Shown here: positions 1 through 13,402 of the stretch, in pieces | Numbering within the stretch: the first letter of the stretch is position 1 | Layout of the letters: every line of letters starts with the position of its first letter | Source of the DNA: Moniliella sp. 'wahieum' | Lineage: Eukaryota | Length of the DNA stretch: 64,000 nucleotides | Assembly: GCA_003971905.1 (NCBI GenBank) | Contig: RSEE01000073.1 | Location: 186,001 to 250,000, forward strand | Reading direction: 5' to 3' | Notes under the pieces: generated by a model | Told to the model about the DNA's origin: nothing | Seen by the model: only the letters and a program-made list of their open reading frames with translations | The model's database searches: none | Position numbers and translations under genes: made by a program

Positions 1-926
1 AGGGCACCACGGTGAACTCCGACCCGTGGTCCAAAGCTTCGGACAAGGCTTGCATTTCAATTCGGTCGTTGGTGGGGAACGGAGCTTTGACCCGCACCTC
101 GGTATCGGAGATGACTTGGACTACCGTTGCCGTTCCACTGCCCAATGGTTTGGGAAGCATAATCTGTCCACGCACTTCCAGCTGCTCGGTGAATACCGTA
201 CCTTGTCCCACGACCAGTGTCGGGTCAGACGAGGAGACACGGACTGTGCCTTTTCCCGGCTTGGCATTGTCAAATGCGCGGGCAACCGGGACTAGAACGC
301 GAACCGGTCAGTGTCCATCAAAACAAAAACAAAAACAACAAAAAGGGAAACGAGCGCAACCTACTTCCTTGCATGGCCCGAGCAAAAGCACCGACAAACA
401 ACCGTTTCCAGCTCTTCTCGGCCGTGACAAAGGTAACGTGTCGGCCACTGGCGCGGAGAAGCTCGGACGAGACGACGGCCGGGTCGAGGAACTGGTTGGC
501 ATGCGGTGCACACACAAATAGCACCCCATCTGCTTCTCCCGGAGCGGTGGCAACGAGGGGGATGCGGTAGATCCCGCGCGTCTCCACACACCGGAAGAAC
601 ACATGCAGCACGATTCTCCACAGCGCAATGATCATGTCAAGCGACTGGACTGGCGTCAGGATTGGATTGGATTGGATTGGATGGTTTCCCCCACACTACA
701 GGAAGAAGGGACGTACCATGTTGGCTGGGTTGAGGCCCGAAGCAGCAAAGAAACGCACCAACGCCGCCTTGACAGAGGGGGGGAGATTGGCATCGACAAA
801 GTGCGGAGGCAAGAAGGGGATGGAATTGAAGAACTGGGTTAGGGAGAGCTGGGCGGCATGCTGGGCACGCTCCGCCCTGGAGTTGGCAGGCGCAGCGAGT
901 AGGGTGGACCCGGGTGACACGGGCAT
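1..926 (-). CDS. SCT1: Glycerol-3-phosphate/DHAP O-acyltransferase (Sct1/Gpt2 family), 5' part; continues beyond the window start
   Basis: Exons MPVSPGS...NPANM (926-~716), IIALWRIVLHVFFR...LFVCAPHANQFLDP (acyltransferase motif I, HxxxxD)...FVTAEKSWKR, then PVARAFDNAKPGKG. One intron contains a (GGATT)n repeat. Confidence 0.88.
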
Positions 927-1919
927 GGCGAGGTGAGGCCTGAGGGGTGGTGGGGGTGGTGGTGGTGAGCTGCTGGGTGGCGTTGGGCTCCCATTTGTAA
1001 TTTCCCCACCGGGCAGACCCCGCTTTTTTTAGGGGTTAGCATCCACCCAACCCCACAGGCGTGGCAACGCGGCAGGCCAGCCCCTACCACGCTGGGTTAG
1101 ACGTTAGCCGGTTAGAACTGGCCTGGCGGGTTCAAGTTGAACCGCCGCCCATCCTTTCATTTTTGCCCATTTTTGCCCCTCATTTCGGGCGGCCCTTCCG
1201 GTCCCTCAGCCGGCGGGGGCCGGTGGAGCTAGAGGAAGCCAGACGCTGCTCCGCCTGAGCGCCCTGCCGCCCATGTGCCGATGTCACTACGCCGTGGAAC
1301 ACGTAGACGCACGCCCAGGGCAGAGCCAGGAGCACCGACAGTCATTATAGCCTGCTATACTTGTCGCGGCCGTCTCGTCGCGTAAAGAAAGAGTGCATCC
1401 CTCAGGTGCCCTGCAGCCCGTCGGGCGCGCGTGACGTCTAGGTGTATACTGATGCCATCTAAAGGTGGCATCCAAAGGCACGTGTCGGGCAGACGCGTGC
1501 TCCCTGTGGGCGTGGTGGCCATCGAGGGCAACGTGCAAGGCCTGCAGACGGTTCGCATCCTGGTCCGCAAGCCATGTTCAGAACCGACCAATGGGAATTC
1601 CCCACCTATAGTTTCTTGGTCGCTTGTTCCGAGGTTGCGGCAACCTACGCAGATGAGAACGCGGGCCATGGGCGTGTCAAAGCCCCTTCGATAGAGTGTG
1701 TGCGGATCCAGAGAGCCAAGATATGGGAACGTAACAAGATTCTATAGGCTCTGCCACCTCGGCCTACAGTACCGACCCGATTGTTCTGTTACGATTCCTC
1801 GCCCACCCACCACCGCCATCTGTCTTTTCTGCTCTCCTCTGCGCCCAGGCACGGTTCCTTCTTACCCTACATAGGCAACGTGCCGAAATACCATGCAATA
1901 TGCGTCCCTCGGTCCGGGT

Positions 1920-2767
1920 CTAGGCAAACTCGGGGCGGCAAAAGTCACCCGGTCCATAAGGCTGTACAAAGAAACACGTTAACTCGTGGCCAGCAAGCAA
2001 GACAAGGCAAACAATTTCCAAAGACATACCTCGGTGGTGAGCGTTTGTTGGTTGCCGAGGGGCTCGGCACTGGTACGGCCATTCATTGGACCTTCCTTGA
2101 CCGTCTTGCCCGCTTTGAGGTCGTCCAGCAGCTTGACGACCGTTTCCGGGGTCAAGTCCTCGTAAAAGTCATCGTTGATCTGGATCATGGGTGCGTTGGA
2201 GCAGGCGCCGAGGCACTCCACCTCGACCAAGGTAAACACCTTGTCGGCTGTGGTCTGACCGGGCTGGATGCCCAAATGCTTGACGATCGCTTCAAGGATG
2301 GCGGTGCTGCCCACCCCACCGAGCATGCACGGGGTGGTGGTGCAGAGCTGGAGGAAAAATTTGCCCACGGGGTCGCGGTTGAACATGGTGTAGAACGTCG
2401 CCACCTCGTACACGCGCATCGGCGGCATGTCCAGCAACTTGGCCACATAGTTCATGCAGCTCAGGCTCGTCCACCCGCCGTTCTGCCGCTGCGCCAAATC
2501 CAGGACGGGGATGACAGCTGCCTTCTTGTACTGGGGCGGGTAGCGGGCGATGACCTCGGTGGCCTTGGCCATGTGCACCTCGTCAAACTCAAAGGGGATG
2601 CTGGCATTGTTGATGGGCGAGTCGCGGTGGACAAACAGGTGGTCGGAGCAGGCGGGGGCAGAGGAGGCGAGGGTGCGTGCGGCCATGGGCACAGCGGAGG
2701 CAGCCGTGCGCGGGGCGAGCACCGCTGGGCGCAGCAGCGTGCGGGCAGCAAGACGAAGCGCAGGCAT
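1920..2767 (-). CDS. NDUFV2: NADH:ubiquinone oxidoreductase 24 kDa subunit (NuoE/NDUFV2), mitochondrial
   Basis: [33 protein letters not shown], and 2Fe-2S ligands CTTTPC and [10 protein letters not shown]. Arg/Ala-rich presequence. Short last exon [13 protein letters not shown] after an intron at ~1963-2028. Confidence 0.95.
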
Positions 2768-3246
2768 GGCAAGCGTTGGGGATTGGTGAGGCAGAGCAGA
2801 AGCAGCGCCCACAGCCCAGGGACGCAGCCAGCTGTGGGGGGCTGCCTTTCCGTTCCACTCGGGCGGACAGGCCAGGCCAGGACAGGCCAGGACAGGCGGG
2901 GGGGCGCAGGCATTTGTAATCTCTCGCCCTGGGGATTACGTCAGCATTCTGCACTGCTCGCCATGGTAACATTTCATTCGTTTCACCCCCGGTGTGTCCG
3001 ATTCGCTACAGCGCGTGTCACCGGTCACCCGGCTCCCCCCGTCCCCCACACTCCCGGTCCCTGTTTTGGGACGCGCTGGAGGATGGAGGCTTGCGCGTGC
3101 CCACCAACGAGTCGGTACCACTCACTGCACCTTCGACTACTCTTCATGGGCAGGGGTATGATCGCGTTCCATTCCGACCTCGGACGGTGAATAAAATGAG
3201 AAAGATAGAACGTGCAATACATGGTCGCTTGCCGCCTAGGCGCGTC

Positions 3247-4502
3247 TCAGCTCACGGTTTTCGCATCTTGGTACGCCTTCAGGTCGGCCTTGGCCTCCTT
3301 GTACCATTTCTGTCCCGTCCATCCCATCCAAGGTTAGTTGGCTGTATTTTGTTTTACTCGATACAATCAGGGGGGAACGCACCAAGTACACGTCGTTCAG
3401 ACTCAAGGTCAAAATGGTGTGAGGCGCAATGCGGAAAAAGTGAGCTGCCGAGCCCTTGTAGTAGCCCCGGAAACCCTCGGCCTTGGCAATCTTGACCAAC
3501 GCATCGATCGGGCCGCTGTACAGCGTACCGACCCGCCTGCCCGTCGCGGGGTCGATGTGGGTAGGCTGGTTCGAGACGCGGGTCAACACGACATCCATTG
3601 GCTGCATCATGGTCAGCACCACGCCGCCGGCAAACGCAGAGCAGGTGAGCAGCGTGAGGAACGGATGCTTGTCGCCGGCCAAGATGTTGAGCGGGTTGTA
3701 AGGGTTGGCGTGCGGGTCAATGGCAGCAATGTGCGACTTGGCCCAGTTGTACGACGGCAGCTGCACCGTACTCCCAGACGCCGTACGCAGGATGTTGGAC
3801 GTCACACCCCGGGCCAGGCCTTGGAACCCATCCAGGTGCACGATGGTCCGCAGCGCGTCCAAGCCATTCTTGTAGTGCCGCTTCTGCTTGCCAATATCAA
3901 ACACGGGCGAGTAGGCCTGCATACGCGCCTTGACCAGGTAGAAAGGGTTGCCCATCGTCGCCCCAATCGCACCCGACGTGGCGCCGGCCATGAGCGCCGT
4001 CGAGGCATACGTCTCGTCCGGCCGAAGACCAAAGAGGGAATTGTACGTTTGCCGCAGCGGCTCGTACGTGCCCAGACGAGCGCCGTTCATCGCCACCTGG
4101 TACACCGCAGCGACACCAAGACCGCGCTGCAGGCCCCGCACTCCCTCGGCGCGGTAGGTCTTGCGGAGACAGTCGACAAAGTTGTTAAAAAGCTTGGGAA
4201 TCGGCTTGCCATCCGCTGTTGTCGCCTTCTGCAGCTCGCCCTGCAGCTGCATCCGGGTCTTGGCCACCTCTGCAGAGGGACAGAATAGGAATATGTGCGT
4301 TAGAGCAAGGGTTTGAACCCGCCAAGGATCAACACGTACCCATCGGGTTGGTCGCCAACACGGCCGTCACGGCTGCTGCCGAGCCCACAGCAAAGCCCTC
4401 GGCGGTACTGAGTGGAGTCTTGTCGCCCGGGACCTTACGGACCGGGTTGGCATCCGGACGCAGCTCATGGTACACGGGGTCGGTAGAGGGGCTGGTGGAC
4501 AT
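3247..4502 (-). CDS. OAC1: Mitochondrial carrier, oxaloacetate/sulfate carrier Oac1-like
   Basis: Carrier signatures TNPM/EVAKTRMQLQGEL, NPFYLVKARMQAYSP and QPMDVVLTR. YQVAMNGARLG and RIAPHTILTL are typical of Oac1. Introns at ~4273-4338 and ~3310-3381. Confidence 0.88.
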
Positions 4503-4950
4503 GGCGTGGGTGGGCAGTGGCGGAGGCGGTGGCAGAGGCGCGGGTGAGATGAAACTGGGCGAGCATTGAGATCCAATCTAAGTGAGAAGAAGTGAGGCCG
4601 AGGGCGGCGGGTGGGCCGGGTAAGCGTGGCCTAGTGCGCGAGCTGTGCGCTGCTGTGCCTGGTAATCTGCTGTGGCTGCTGTGGCAGGCTGCCTCTCTGG
4701 CTGTGTCGCTGAGGCTCAGCGGCTGATTTGGTTGCGGTGGAGCATCGGCCCGGCACGGCGCTGCAGCGGGGGGGCGGGCATAGGAGGGCATAACAAACAC
4801 AACAAGCATAAGGCCGACAGCCGCCTATGGCCCATGGCCTTCGGCCTCCTCGGCCTCTCCCGGGTGCATTCAAAACATTCAAATTGCGATAGGGGGAGAG
4901 TGGGTGACGTCATCCTGCATGTGTGTTTGTCCCCTGGTCCATGTGCCAGC

Positions 4951-4985
4951 ATGATGCATGATGCATGATGTGTCATGCATGATGG
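4951..4985. repeat. (ATGCATG)n palindromic microsatellite; a second array lies at 48555-48580
   Basis: atgatgcatgatgcatgatg at both sites. Confidence 0.75.
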
Positions 4986-6060
4986 CTGACACATCTGTGA
5001 GCGGAATCAAATTTCAAATCAAGTGGGTTTTATGGGGGCTGGGCCGCCCACGCGCTGGCGGCGCCGACAGATCCGTGGGGGCTGCTAGCCCAGCGCCGCA
5101 GCACGCCGCAGCACGCTCAACATCCGCGGCAACGCGCGACGCGGCATTCCGCTATAACGCAACCCATATCTTCTCCTTGTGTCGCCTTGCTGCGGCCCGA
5201 GAGGGATGCTTTAGGCGCTACGGCATCCACCAACACTCGAGCGCATATGCCGAGAGACCAGCAGCCCCGTTGATTGCATTCGCATTCATCGTCACCGACC
5301 ATCGACCATCCGGGTCCAGCTCGCTACCACATCTCCTGGTCGGGGGCGTGTCGGAAAGAAACAGGAGAGCAGGGTCCTGGCCTAAAATTCTGAAAACCAA
5401 TCCCTTCCGCCTCTTGCCGCGTGCCGGCTTCCGCTTGCTCCCGAAAACCGGGCTTCATGCGCCTCATGCATGACCGGTTGGCCATGCATCTGTCACACAC
5501 CTGCCTCATGTCCAGCAGTGTGTCAACATGGTTGACTTGATCCACCACGAGCCCATCCGCCACCTGTCCCGGGCACAACTGGAACCGACCTCATTAAACC
5601 ATTCGCAGTAGCGCTCGCAGCCGCTGGTTTCTTCATGCTTCACCACCACTAGCGTCCTTTCCTAGTTGTCCTTAGCGTAGCCCATCAGCTACCACAAACG
5701 TGGTCCCACCCAGTTGGCAAGTGGTTGGTAAGTGACGTTCGACGTTTGACGTGCAAATAGTATAGCGCCCAGCCACCAAACCTCCGAACTAATCTCTCCA
5801 CAGCCGACAGCGAACAGCGCACCGACATTCTACACGCCAATCTAGCTCGAAGACGGATTTTCATGCGAGAGACCAAAGGGGGGCGGGGGGCAGGGAGGGA
5901 TCGTGCATCGTGCGAGCAACGCGCAACACGCAACGCGCAACGCGCGACCCGCACTATGTGCAGCGGGCACAGAAGCGGCAGCGTAAACGGGATATATTGC
6001 TGCCAGGCAACAGCAGAGCATACATGCATGGCCATGCACGAGAGCAAGAGGCCCCGAACG

Positions 6061-7348
6061 CTAAAATGCCTTGCGGTGGATCACTCCCGGGTCCTCCGAG
6101 TACTCCTCGGAAGAAACCCACATCTGAAAGTTGGGTCAGTTGAGTCGGGGACCAGGCTACCTACCAAGCAAGCGAGCAAACCGGAAAGAAAACAGGGAAA
6201 AAAGCAAAAGACGTACCTTGCGGAACGTGCTGAGGCCCGCCAAAATCGACCCCCCGATCCAGGTGGAGTACTTGCGCTCGGGCGGAGCATAGATCTTTAG
6301 CTTGGTGTCCCTGCTAACAAGCGCACGGGTCTCGTTGAGCAGTCGCTCACCAAACCCACGCGTCAACGTCGTGCCTCCCGATAGGACAATGTTGGCATAC
6401 AAGTCCCGCCGCAAGTCCAAGTCGACGCGGAAGATACTGTCATATACCACCTGGTGCACCCCAGGATACTCGAGTCCGACCAACTCGGGGTTGAAGAGGA
6501 TCTCTGGTGCACGGAAACGTTCCGGGCCAAGCTAAGCAAAAAATGGCAGTTAGTTCACCTTTCCCCCCGCAGCAGAAAGAACATACTTTGATGCTGTTCC
6601 CGTCTGGCAGTTTGAACTCTTGAGTTTCGTGGGAAGTGCCGACGTTGGTCTCCTCCTTGGCTGGGTTGAGGGCAACGTAACAGCATTGTTCTTTGATCTG
6701 TCGCACCACCTCCTTCTCGGCCGAGGTGTGGAGGTTATATCCGGCCCGACGCAGTTGCATTTGCAGGTGTTCCGTCACATCCCTTCCTGCCACGTCGATG
6801 CGGCGGATAGCATGGGGCATCGAGAAGCCTTCAAACACCGGCACGACATGGGTCACACCATCTCCCGCGTCGAGGACCAGGCCCGTTGTGCGCCCCGTTG
6901 AATAGAGGGACAAAACGGCCTGGATGGAAGTGAAGAGGGCAGGGACATTGAAAGTCTCGAAAAACACCTGGGCAGCAACCTCGCGGTTATGCCGTGGGTT
7001 GAGCGGGGCCTCGGTCAGCAAGACAGGATGTTCCTCGGATAAGGTCTGGAGCTCCTCGGCATAGATATGGGCCCAAATGCGTTCCATATCCTCCCAGTCG
7101 GTCACAACCCCATGTTCCATCGGGTAGCGGATCTTGAGCAGTCCTCGGAGCTCCTGCGCACGACGACCAATAAACACGTCCCCCTCAATGGCACCCGCCA
7201 TGACGCGCGGGTGCTTGGGCCGGCCCACAAACGAGGGGAAGAAGCAGTTGGGTTGCTCTTGGCCGGCAAACCCACTTTTGATGGTGCCCGATCCATTGTC
7301 AATGACAACGGGCTGGTTGGTAAGGACGTCGTCAAACTCGCCAGGCAT
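6061..7348 (-). CDS. ARP1: Actin-related protein 1 (centractin, dynactin subunit)
   Basis: [71 protein letters not shown], and last exon [20 protein letters not shown]. Two introns. Confidence 0.95.
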
Positions 7349-7915
7349 GCTTGGGGATGGTCGGGGGCAGAAGAGCGGCACTCACGCGGGCGCGCGCCAA
7401 TCCAACGATGGTGGGGCTGGTGGGGCCCTGAGCCCGCTGGCATTGGCGCCACGCAGTCCAACTCCGCCTCCAAATTCCGCCCCTTGACCATTCAACGTTG
7501 AACGTTCAATTTCTCTGCCCACTGGAGGCGAAGGAAGCACCGGTCTATCCTAGTACTACTTTTAAGGGCACAGGGAAGAACAAGGAAACCCCAGGCGAAA
7601 TCCTGTAGGCAGGGGAATGCAGGCTGGGTGCAAAACTCTCGAAGAGATGATCCATGACAAGCGTGGTTGACACGTGAAAATGAGCGAGCCACATTTCCAC
7701 TTTCCAACGGACACGGCAAAAAGGGAACTATGAGTGTAGCCACTGAGAAATTACGCCTATGGTAGGCGGCCAGGTCCATGGCCCTTGGTCGAGTTTTAGA
7801 CCTTGCAAGCCATTCCATGAGTATAGTAGCAGCATGCTATACTTCACACGTCTTCTCTATGGCCAAATCTCGCCAGGTGACAAGAATCGATTGACGATGT
7901 GGAGGAATGGCAGGG

Positions 7916-10900
7916 CTACAAAGGCGTTTTACGCTTGGGGACCGTCTTCCCACGGGCAGATGGCAGCTGGGAATCGTCCACGATGCCCAGTTGGCTCTCC
8001 TTGAGCTCTTGTGCTTGCCGTTGAAGGTACTGGAGGCCTTGTGAATTATACCCCAGCAGCGCCTTGTTCTTTGCCAACGCGCCCCGCAACGTAGTCCGCA
8101 ACCTTGCAATCGACGTGCGCATCAGTTTGTTGCTCACGATCTGAGCATGATATGTCCGCATCAAGAAAAACAGGATACGGGCGGACAGCGCTACGTTCCA
8201 TTCCTGCGAAACGTGAGTTAGTATCGAGCACTCGATTGGTATCCGCCATAGCAATCCAACAGGTCACAACATACCTTGTCAAGCCAAGTGTCGAGATAAT
8301 CAAAGAGCGAAATAACGTGGCTGAAGGGAAGGATGAGCAGGACATCTGTCAACTGCGGTCCCGGAATTTTTTCCACCATCCTGAACACATATCGTGCGGC
8401 TGATGGTTCATCCCCAGCCGCCAATCCAGCTAGAAGCACAGCACTTCGAGGCGGTGGGAAGGGTGTAGCCTGAGCCCGCTGATCGGCATCGGCCACCTCG
8501 ATGGCCTCGATGAGTCGTTCTCCGGTCGTCAACGACTCGCCACCTGCGTTGGTCACCGTAGTGGCCTCTACAGTAGGCAACTCTTCTCCTGCCCCGCCTT
8601 CGTCTCGGCTGGCCAGTTCACCAATTCTGCGCTTCTCGTCGGCCTCCCGCCCAGCCCCAGCATTCTGGTACACTCCTCCAGCTCCTTCTCCCGCTCTTCC
8701 TCGAGGAACAACAGTTCCTCCGTCTTCTCCCATACCCGGATCGATCGGTCCGCACCGCCCGTCACCGTGCGCTTCCCTTCCGCATCCGTCGTGAGCGCAA
8801 ACACGTCTCCTGAATGCCCGCGGAGGACTTGGACTTGCTCTCCATTGTCCCCATCCCAGTACTTGACCAACGAGTCTTTGCCAATTGTGAAAAGGCGGTG
8901 GGAGGCGCCTTGCCGTCCACCTTGCAGCCCCCCGCCTTGCTCACCCCGTTCGAATGACACTCCCATCACACTGCCGGCATGAGCCGGGAGGGAGCGGTGG
9001 CAATCACCAAAGTCGAGCCCCCAAAGCTTCACACTCTTGTCTGCTGACGCGGTGGCAATCAGTTTACTGTCCCCGGAAATGCTTAGGCTCAACACAGGCA
9101 GCTTGTGGCCGTAGAGCGAAAGGAAAAACTTGAACGTGTCCGCATAAAAGATCTTGACTGTACTATCCAGCAGCGCAAGCGCCAACAGTCGTCCATCGGG
9201 GGAGTAGGCGGAGGCAAGGATGTCTTCCTTCATCTTGAGGGTCTTTTCGTGCACCAGGCGCAATGGGTGGGGGCCTTCGTTCGGCCCATCCTCCTCTTCC
9301 TCTTCTTCATCATCCGAGTCGGGTTCGTAGGAGAAGGACCATACCTTGGCGCACTGGTCTGCGCCGGCACTCAGCACACCCTGGCCATCCGGACGCAGCG
9401 AGAGGGACCACACAGGTTTGCCTTCATGCGCATCAATCACCTCCACCTCATTCCCTGATGCCACGTTGAACGTGCGCAACGTGCCATCCTTCCCTCCTAC
9501 CACCACATGCGTATCATCAGGTAGCCAGACAGCACATAGCGCATACGACCCCATCATTGTCCGTAATGACTGTCCCGAAGCCACATTCCAGATCTTGACC
9601 AGTCCGGCACTGCAGGCAGAGAGGAGGAGCTGGCCGTTATGGCTGAGGGAAAGGGTGCGCACCTCAGCCCGATGGCCTGGCAGGTCTAGGGTGTAAAGCA
9701 ACGAGCCCTCTTCCTCCTCCTTCTTTTCTCCCTTGCTTGCCTTGCCGGGAGACGGTGGACTTCCAACGCATTGTCATGCAGCGTAAAGAGAATGGGGTGC
9801 GATGATCCCTTGGCGTCCGATGCCCCTGGCCGGTCGGCAAATGCAAACGATCGCACCCGGCCTCCCTGTGGTCGAACCACTTCTCCAGCCTCGATCAAGT
9901 CCATCCAGCCAAGTACCGCCTTCGTTTCGGCCTGCTTGCCCTTTTCTGTTACCCTCTTTGCGCGCCGGAGCAATTTCTTGCGCATGTCACCTGCACTGCG
10001 GAACGTGTACGTTTGTAAGGTCCGGTCCGAAGCCAGAACAGCGAGTTGCCGTGTTTTCGGTTCGCCAGCCGGGCTGGGACAAAGCCCACTTGGGCAATCC
10101 GCCGGGTCGAAGTCGTAGGCAAGCTGCCCTGCAACTCAATCGATACACTTGGTAATTGCACAGCTTCTTGGTCTGTTCCTGCGGCTGTTCCGTTCCCAGC
10201 CGATCCCACCGGGTGGGACTGGAGGCCCGACGACCCTTCGTCCACAAGTGTAACTTGCCACACCTTGGCCTGACCCTCAGTGCCTCCCGTAATCAGCACT
10301 GCCGCATCGTCCACCAGCTCGGCTGGGGGGAGCGTGTTGCACCCTGCCGCTGCCACGCTCCACAGTTCCTCCTCTCCTGGGGCAAGGGTAGCAACGGCAT
10401 GTTGAAGCTCCGTATCCCACACCTTCAGCAGTCCATCTTGCCAACCGAGACGAGGAGACGCGAAGCGGCATCGGGCGCGACAGGTGGGCCTCCCACCGCT
10501 GCGAGTGGAGGGAGGAAAACCAGATCTGTAATAGGGGCCTTGTGGCCATGCAGCCTCACCACGCCAGCCTCGGCCACAACGTCCCACAGGATGACAGTCG
10601 TGTCGTTTCCAGCGGACGCGAGCCGCATTCCGGACTTGTCCCATGCTAGCGCGCCCACTGCGCCCTGGTGGCCGGAAAACGTCAGGCGAGGGGTTTGCGT
10701 ATTGGCCTCCCACAAGCGAATGGCGCCATCGGCATACCCCACCGCAAAAAGGTTGGGGTCGGTGGGGCAGAGGGCAAGCGCAGTGACATGGGCCACCACG
10801 CCCAACTCATGCCACACGGCCAACAACTCGTTCCGCCGCACGTCCCACACCAGCACATCCTCCAGCGCCGCCACGTACGCGCGCTTCCCATCTCCGCTGA

Positions 10901-10979
10901 GAACCGGGCGCACGGCGGTGTTGCTGGCAATCAAGCCAAACACAGCCACCGGCTCATGGCGGTTGTACGAGCGCACCAT
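7916..10979 (-). CDS. UTP12: U3 snoRNP/SSU processome WD40 protein Utp12/Dip2 (WDR3); several frameshifts
   Basis: N-term MVRSYNRHEP..FGLIAS, LFAVGYADGAIRLW, STVKIFYADTFKFFLSLYGHKLPVLS, KLWGLDFGDCHRSL, and C-terminal Utp12 domain (LFFLMRTYHAQIVSNK...LGYN). The 3' end is approximate. Confidence 0.92.
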
Positions 10980-11354
10980 CCTGCTAGCCGGTCGAGTGGT
11001 GGTGGTCGATGGGGTGTGAGGGGGCGGGGCGAGGCTCGGCAGGGCAAGAGGAAAACAGGCCGAGGTGCCCAAAAAAAATTAGCGCGGAATCCGGCCAGTT
11101 CCGCCTCGTCAGGCTCCAACCCAGAGGGCGTAGGAAGTGAGCGCCAGTCCGTGGCCGAGGCGCTGAGCCTCACATGTGATGGTGATGTGATGTAATGCCA
11201 CACCGGCGCACCGACAAGCACTCCACGGTGCGTACGTAAGCCCATGCCGTGTCGCACGGGCCGGGTGTGCGGCGCGGGTCGTAGCCCAGGCGCCGAGCCT
11301 CGCAGTTTCCCCTGGAGATTTTAGCCCTTGTTTGCCACCTTCGCCACCACCCCC

Positions 11355-12647
11355 ATGTCCGCCCCTCCGTCCGCATCTGCTGAGCCCCCCGCCCCCGCGC
11401 TGGTACCGTGGTGGGCGAGGTCAACGGCCTGCCTGTCACGAGTGTTGGCAAGAAAGTGCAGGTGATTGGTGACCTTCCGCGGCCCCCCCCACGCCGCGCC
11501 TGCGCCAGAGTCGGACGAGGAAGCCGAGCCTGGCCCCGAGCCGGACCACGCGTCCGCATCCGAAGAGAGCGAAGGGGAGGAAATTCCCGACTCTGCCTTG
11601 CTGGACGGGTACGACCCGGAAGAAACGACGTATATTGACCTGACCCACATCCGCCTCCTGTCGTCCAACCTGCGCGGACTCAATTTGGCGCGCTTCCCCA
11701 AGACAGAAAAATCTGTGCCTACGGCAGAACGAGCACCAAGGTGTCAGCCAAGGAGTCGGTCGGATCGCTTCCCCACCTCAAAGAGTTGGATCTCTACGAC
11801 AACCAAATTGATAAGATTGGGCACCACGTCTTTGAGGGCACACCCGAATTAGAGTACGTCCGGCATCCTCTCCCTCAGAGTAGGCTGTGGTTGACTGACG
11901 CCAATGCAGGACCCTGGATTTGTCCTTTAACAATCTACGCCACATCCCGCCCGTTTCGTACCTCGGACAGCTTCATACTCTTTTTTGGTGCAGAACAAGA
12001 TTACGCATGTCCGCCCACTGGACTTGGCACCGCCACTTCAGCTCTCCCTTCGCTCCCTTGAGTTGGGCGGGAACCGACTACGCTCCCTGGAGAATCTCGG
12101 CGAGCTGCCAAATCTAGAAGAACTCTGGGTGGGCAAGAACAAGATCACCAAAGTTGAAGTATGCCTTTTCTCTGATTTTAGAGTGTGAAAGATGGAAGCT
12201 GACATGGGATCGGCGGGTTGGCAGGGTCTGGAGAAGCTCCACAAGTTGCGCATCCTCTCGATTCAAAGCAACCGGGTGACCAAACTTGAGGGTCTGGAGC
12301 AGCTCACCAACCTGGAAGAGCTCTACATCTCGCACAATGGTCTGACCCAGCTCGAAGGGCTAGAGGGCAACACGAAGCTCACCACGCTGGACGTAGCGGG
12401 CAACCAATTGACTGAGGTGACCAACGTCTCCCACTTGGCAAACCTGGAGGAGTTCTGGGCCAACAGCAACAAGATCCTCGACCTCAACCACATCGACCGT
12501 CAACTGGGGCCCACGCTAATGCCCAATCTCAACACGGTCTACTTTGAGCTGAACCCGGCCCAGCGCAAAGAGGGACCGGCTTACCGGCGCAAGCTCATCC
12601 TTGCCCTGCCCCAAGTGAGGCAGATTGACGCCACGATGGTACGATAA
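11355..12647 (+). CDS. SDS22: Protein phosphatase 1 regulatory subunit Sds22 (PPP1R7), LRR protein; introns and frameshifts
   Basis: LRR repeats LKELDLYDNQI, LDLSFNNLRHI, LRSLELGGNRLR, LEELWVGKNKI, LRILSIQSNRV and LEELYISHNGL. LRRcap YRRKLILALPQVRQIDAT. Confidence 0.92.
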
Positions 12648-13402
12648 GAAGTGTTTGCTGTGAGGGTGCTGCATGTGCGCCCATTTGCAATGTGCATGCC
12701 AGCTAGCCAGGGGAGCTTGGTGGGGTACAGGGAGGGGTAAGGCGCGTGGAGTAGCGGCAGGAGCGCTAGATCGTTAATGGGCTCAGCCAGCCATGGGAGA
12801 AAAACAGGTGGCAACGGAGGCAATGGTGCGGGGGCGGCCGGCAAGGTGAACGATCGATAACAATGTTCAGATTTCAAACGTTCGAGATTCAATGTTCACA
12901 TTTACATTCAAACTTGCAAGTGACGCAACGAGCTTCCAGCTTGGCGTGGCGGACTTGAAGCTTCACGAAGCTTGTTCCGACGCGAAGCGTAAGTGTGGCA
13001 GCTGCGAGCACCACACTGCCGCGTGCCGCCCAAATTTTGTGAGCGCACGTGGATGACGGAGGGCATGCGGGCGCAGTGTATGCATTTTCACCCCCCGGCG
13101 AACCCTGGCTCGGGGGCATCGAACGGCTTGCACTGCCGTGGGGCTCGGGGACGCCAGAGCGGCAAGGCGCCATCGCTTCCGCAGCTGCCCCCGGCCGGCG
13201 CGCTGCCGATCGAGCTGGGCGATCAGCAGCATGGGCCGACCCAGTTCCACGGCAAAGGGGCCGCCTGCCTGCCTGCCTGCCTGCTCGGCCCCTTGCCTCG
13301 GCCGCCCGCCCGACAAACAATGCTTGATCCATCGCGTGAACCACCGGGGCTGCCCGTCACCTCCACCACCGCTTCCGCCGCCACCCCCATCTTGCAGGCC
13401 GC

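Noticed and set aside
1781..3190. 469-aa plus-strand ORF, and similar long antisense ORFs (3338-4288, 40617-41933, 50486-51322)
   Set aside because: These are antisense shadows of real genes in GC-rich, codon-biased DNA, with no recognisable motifs.
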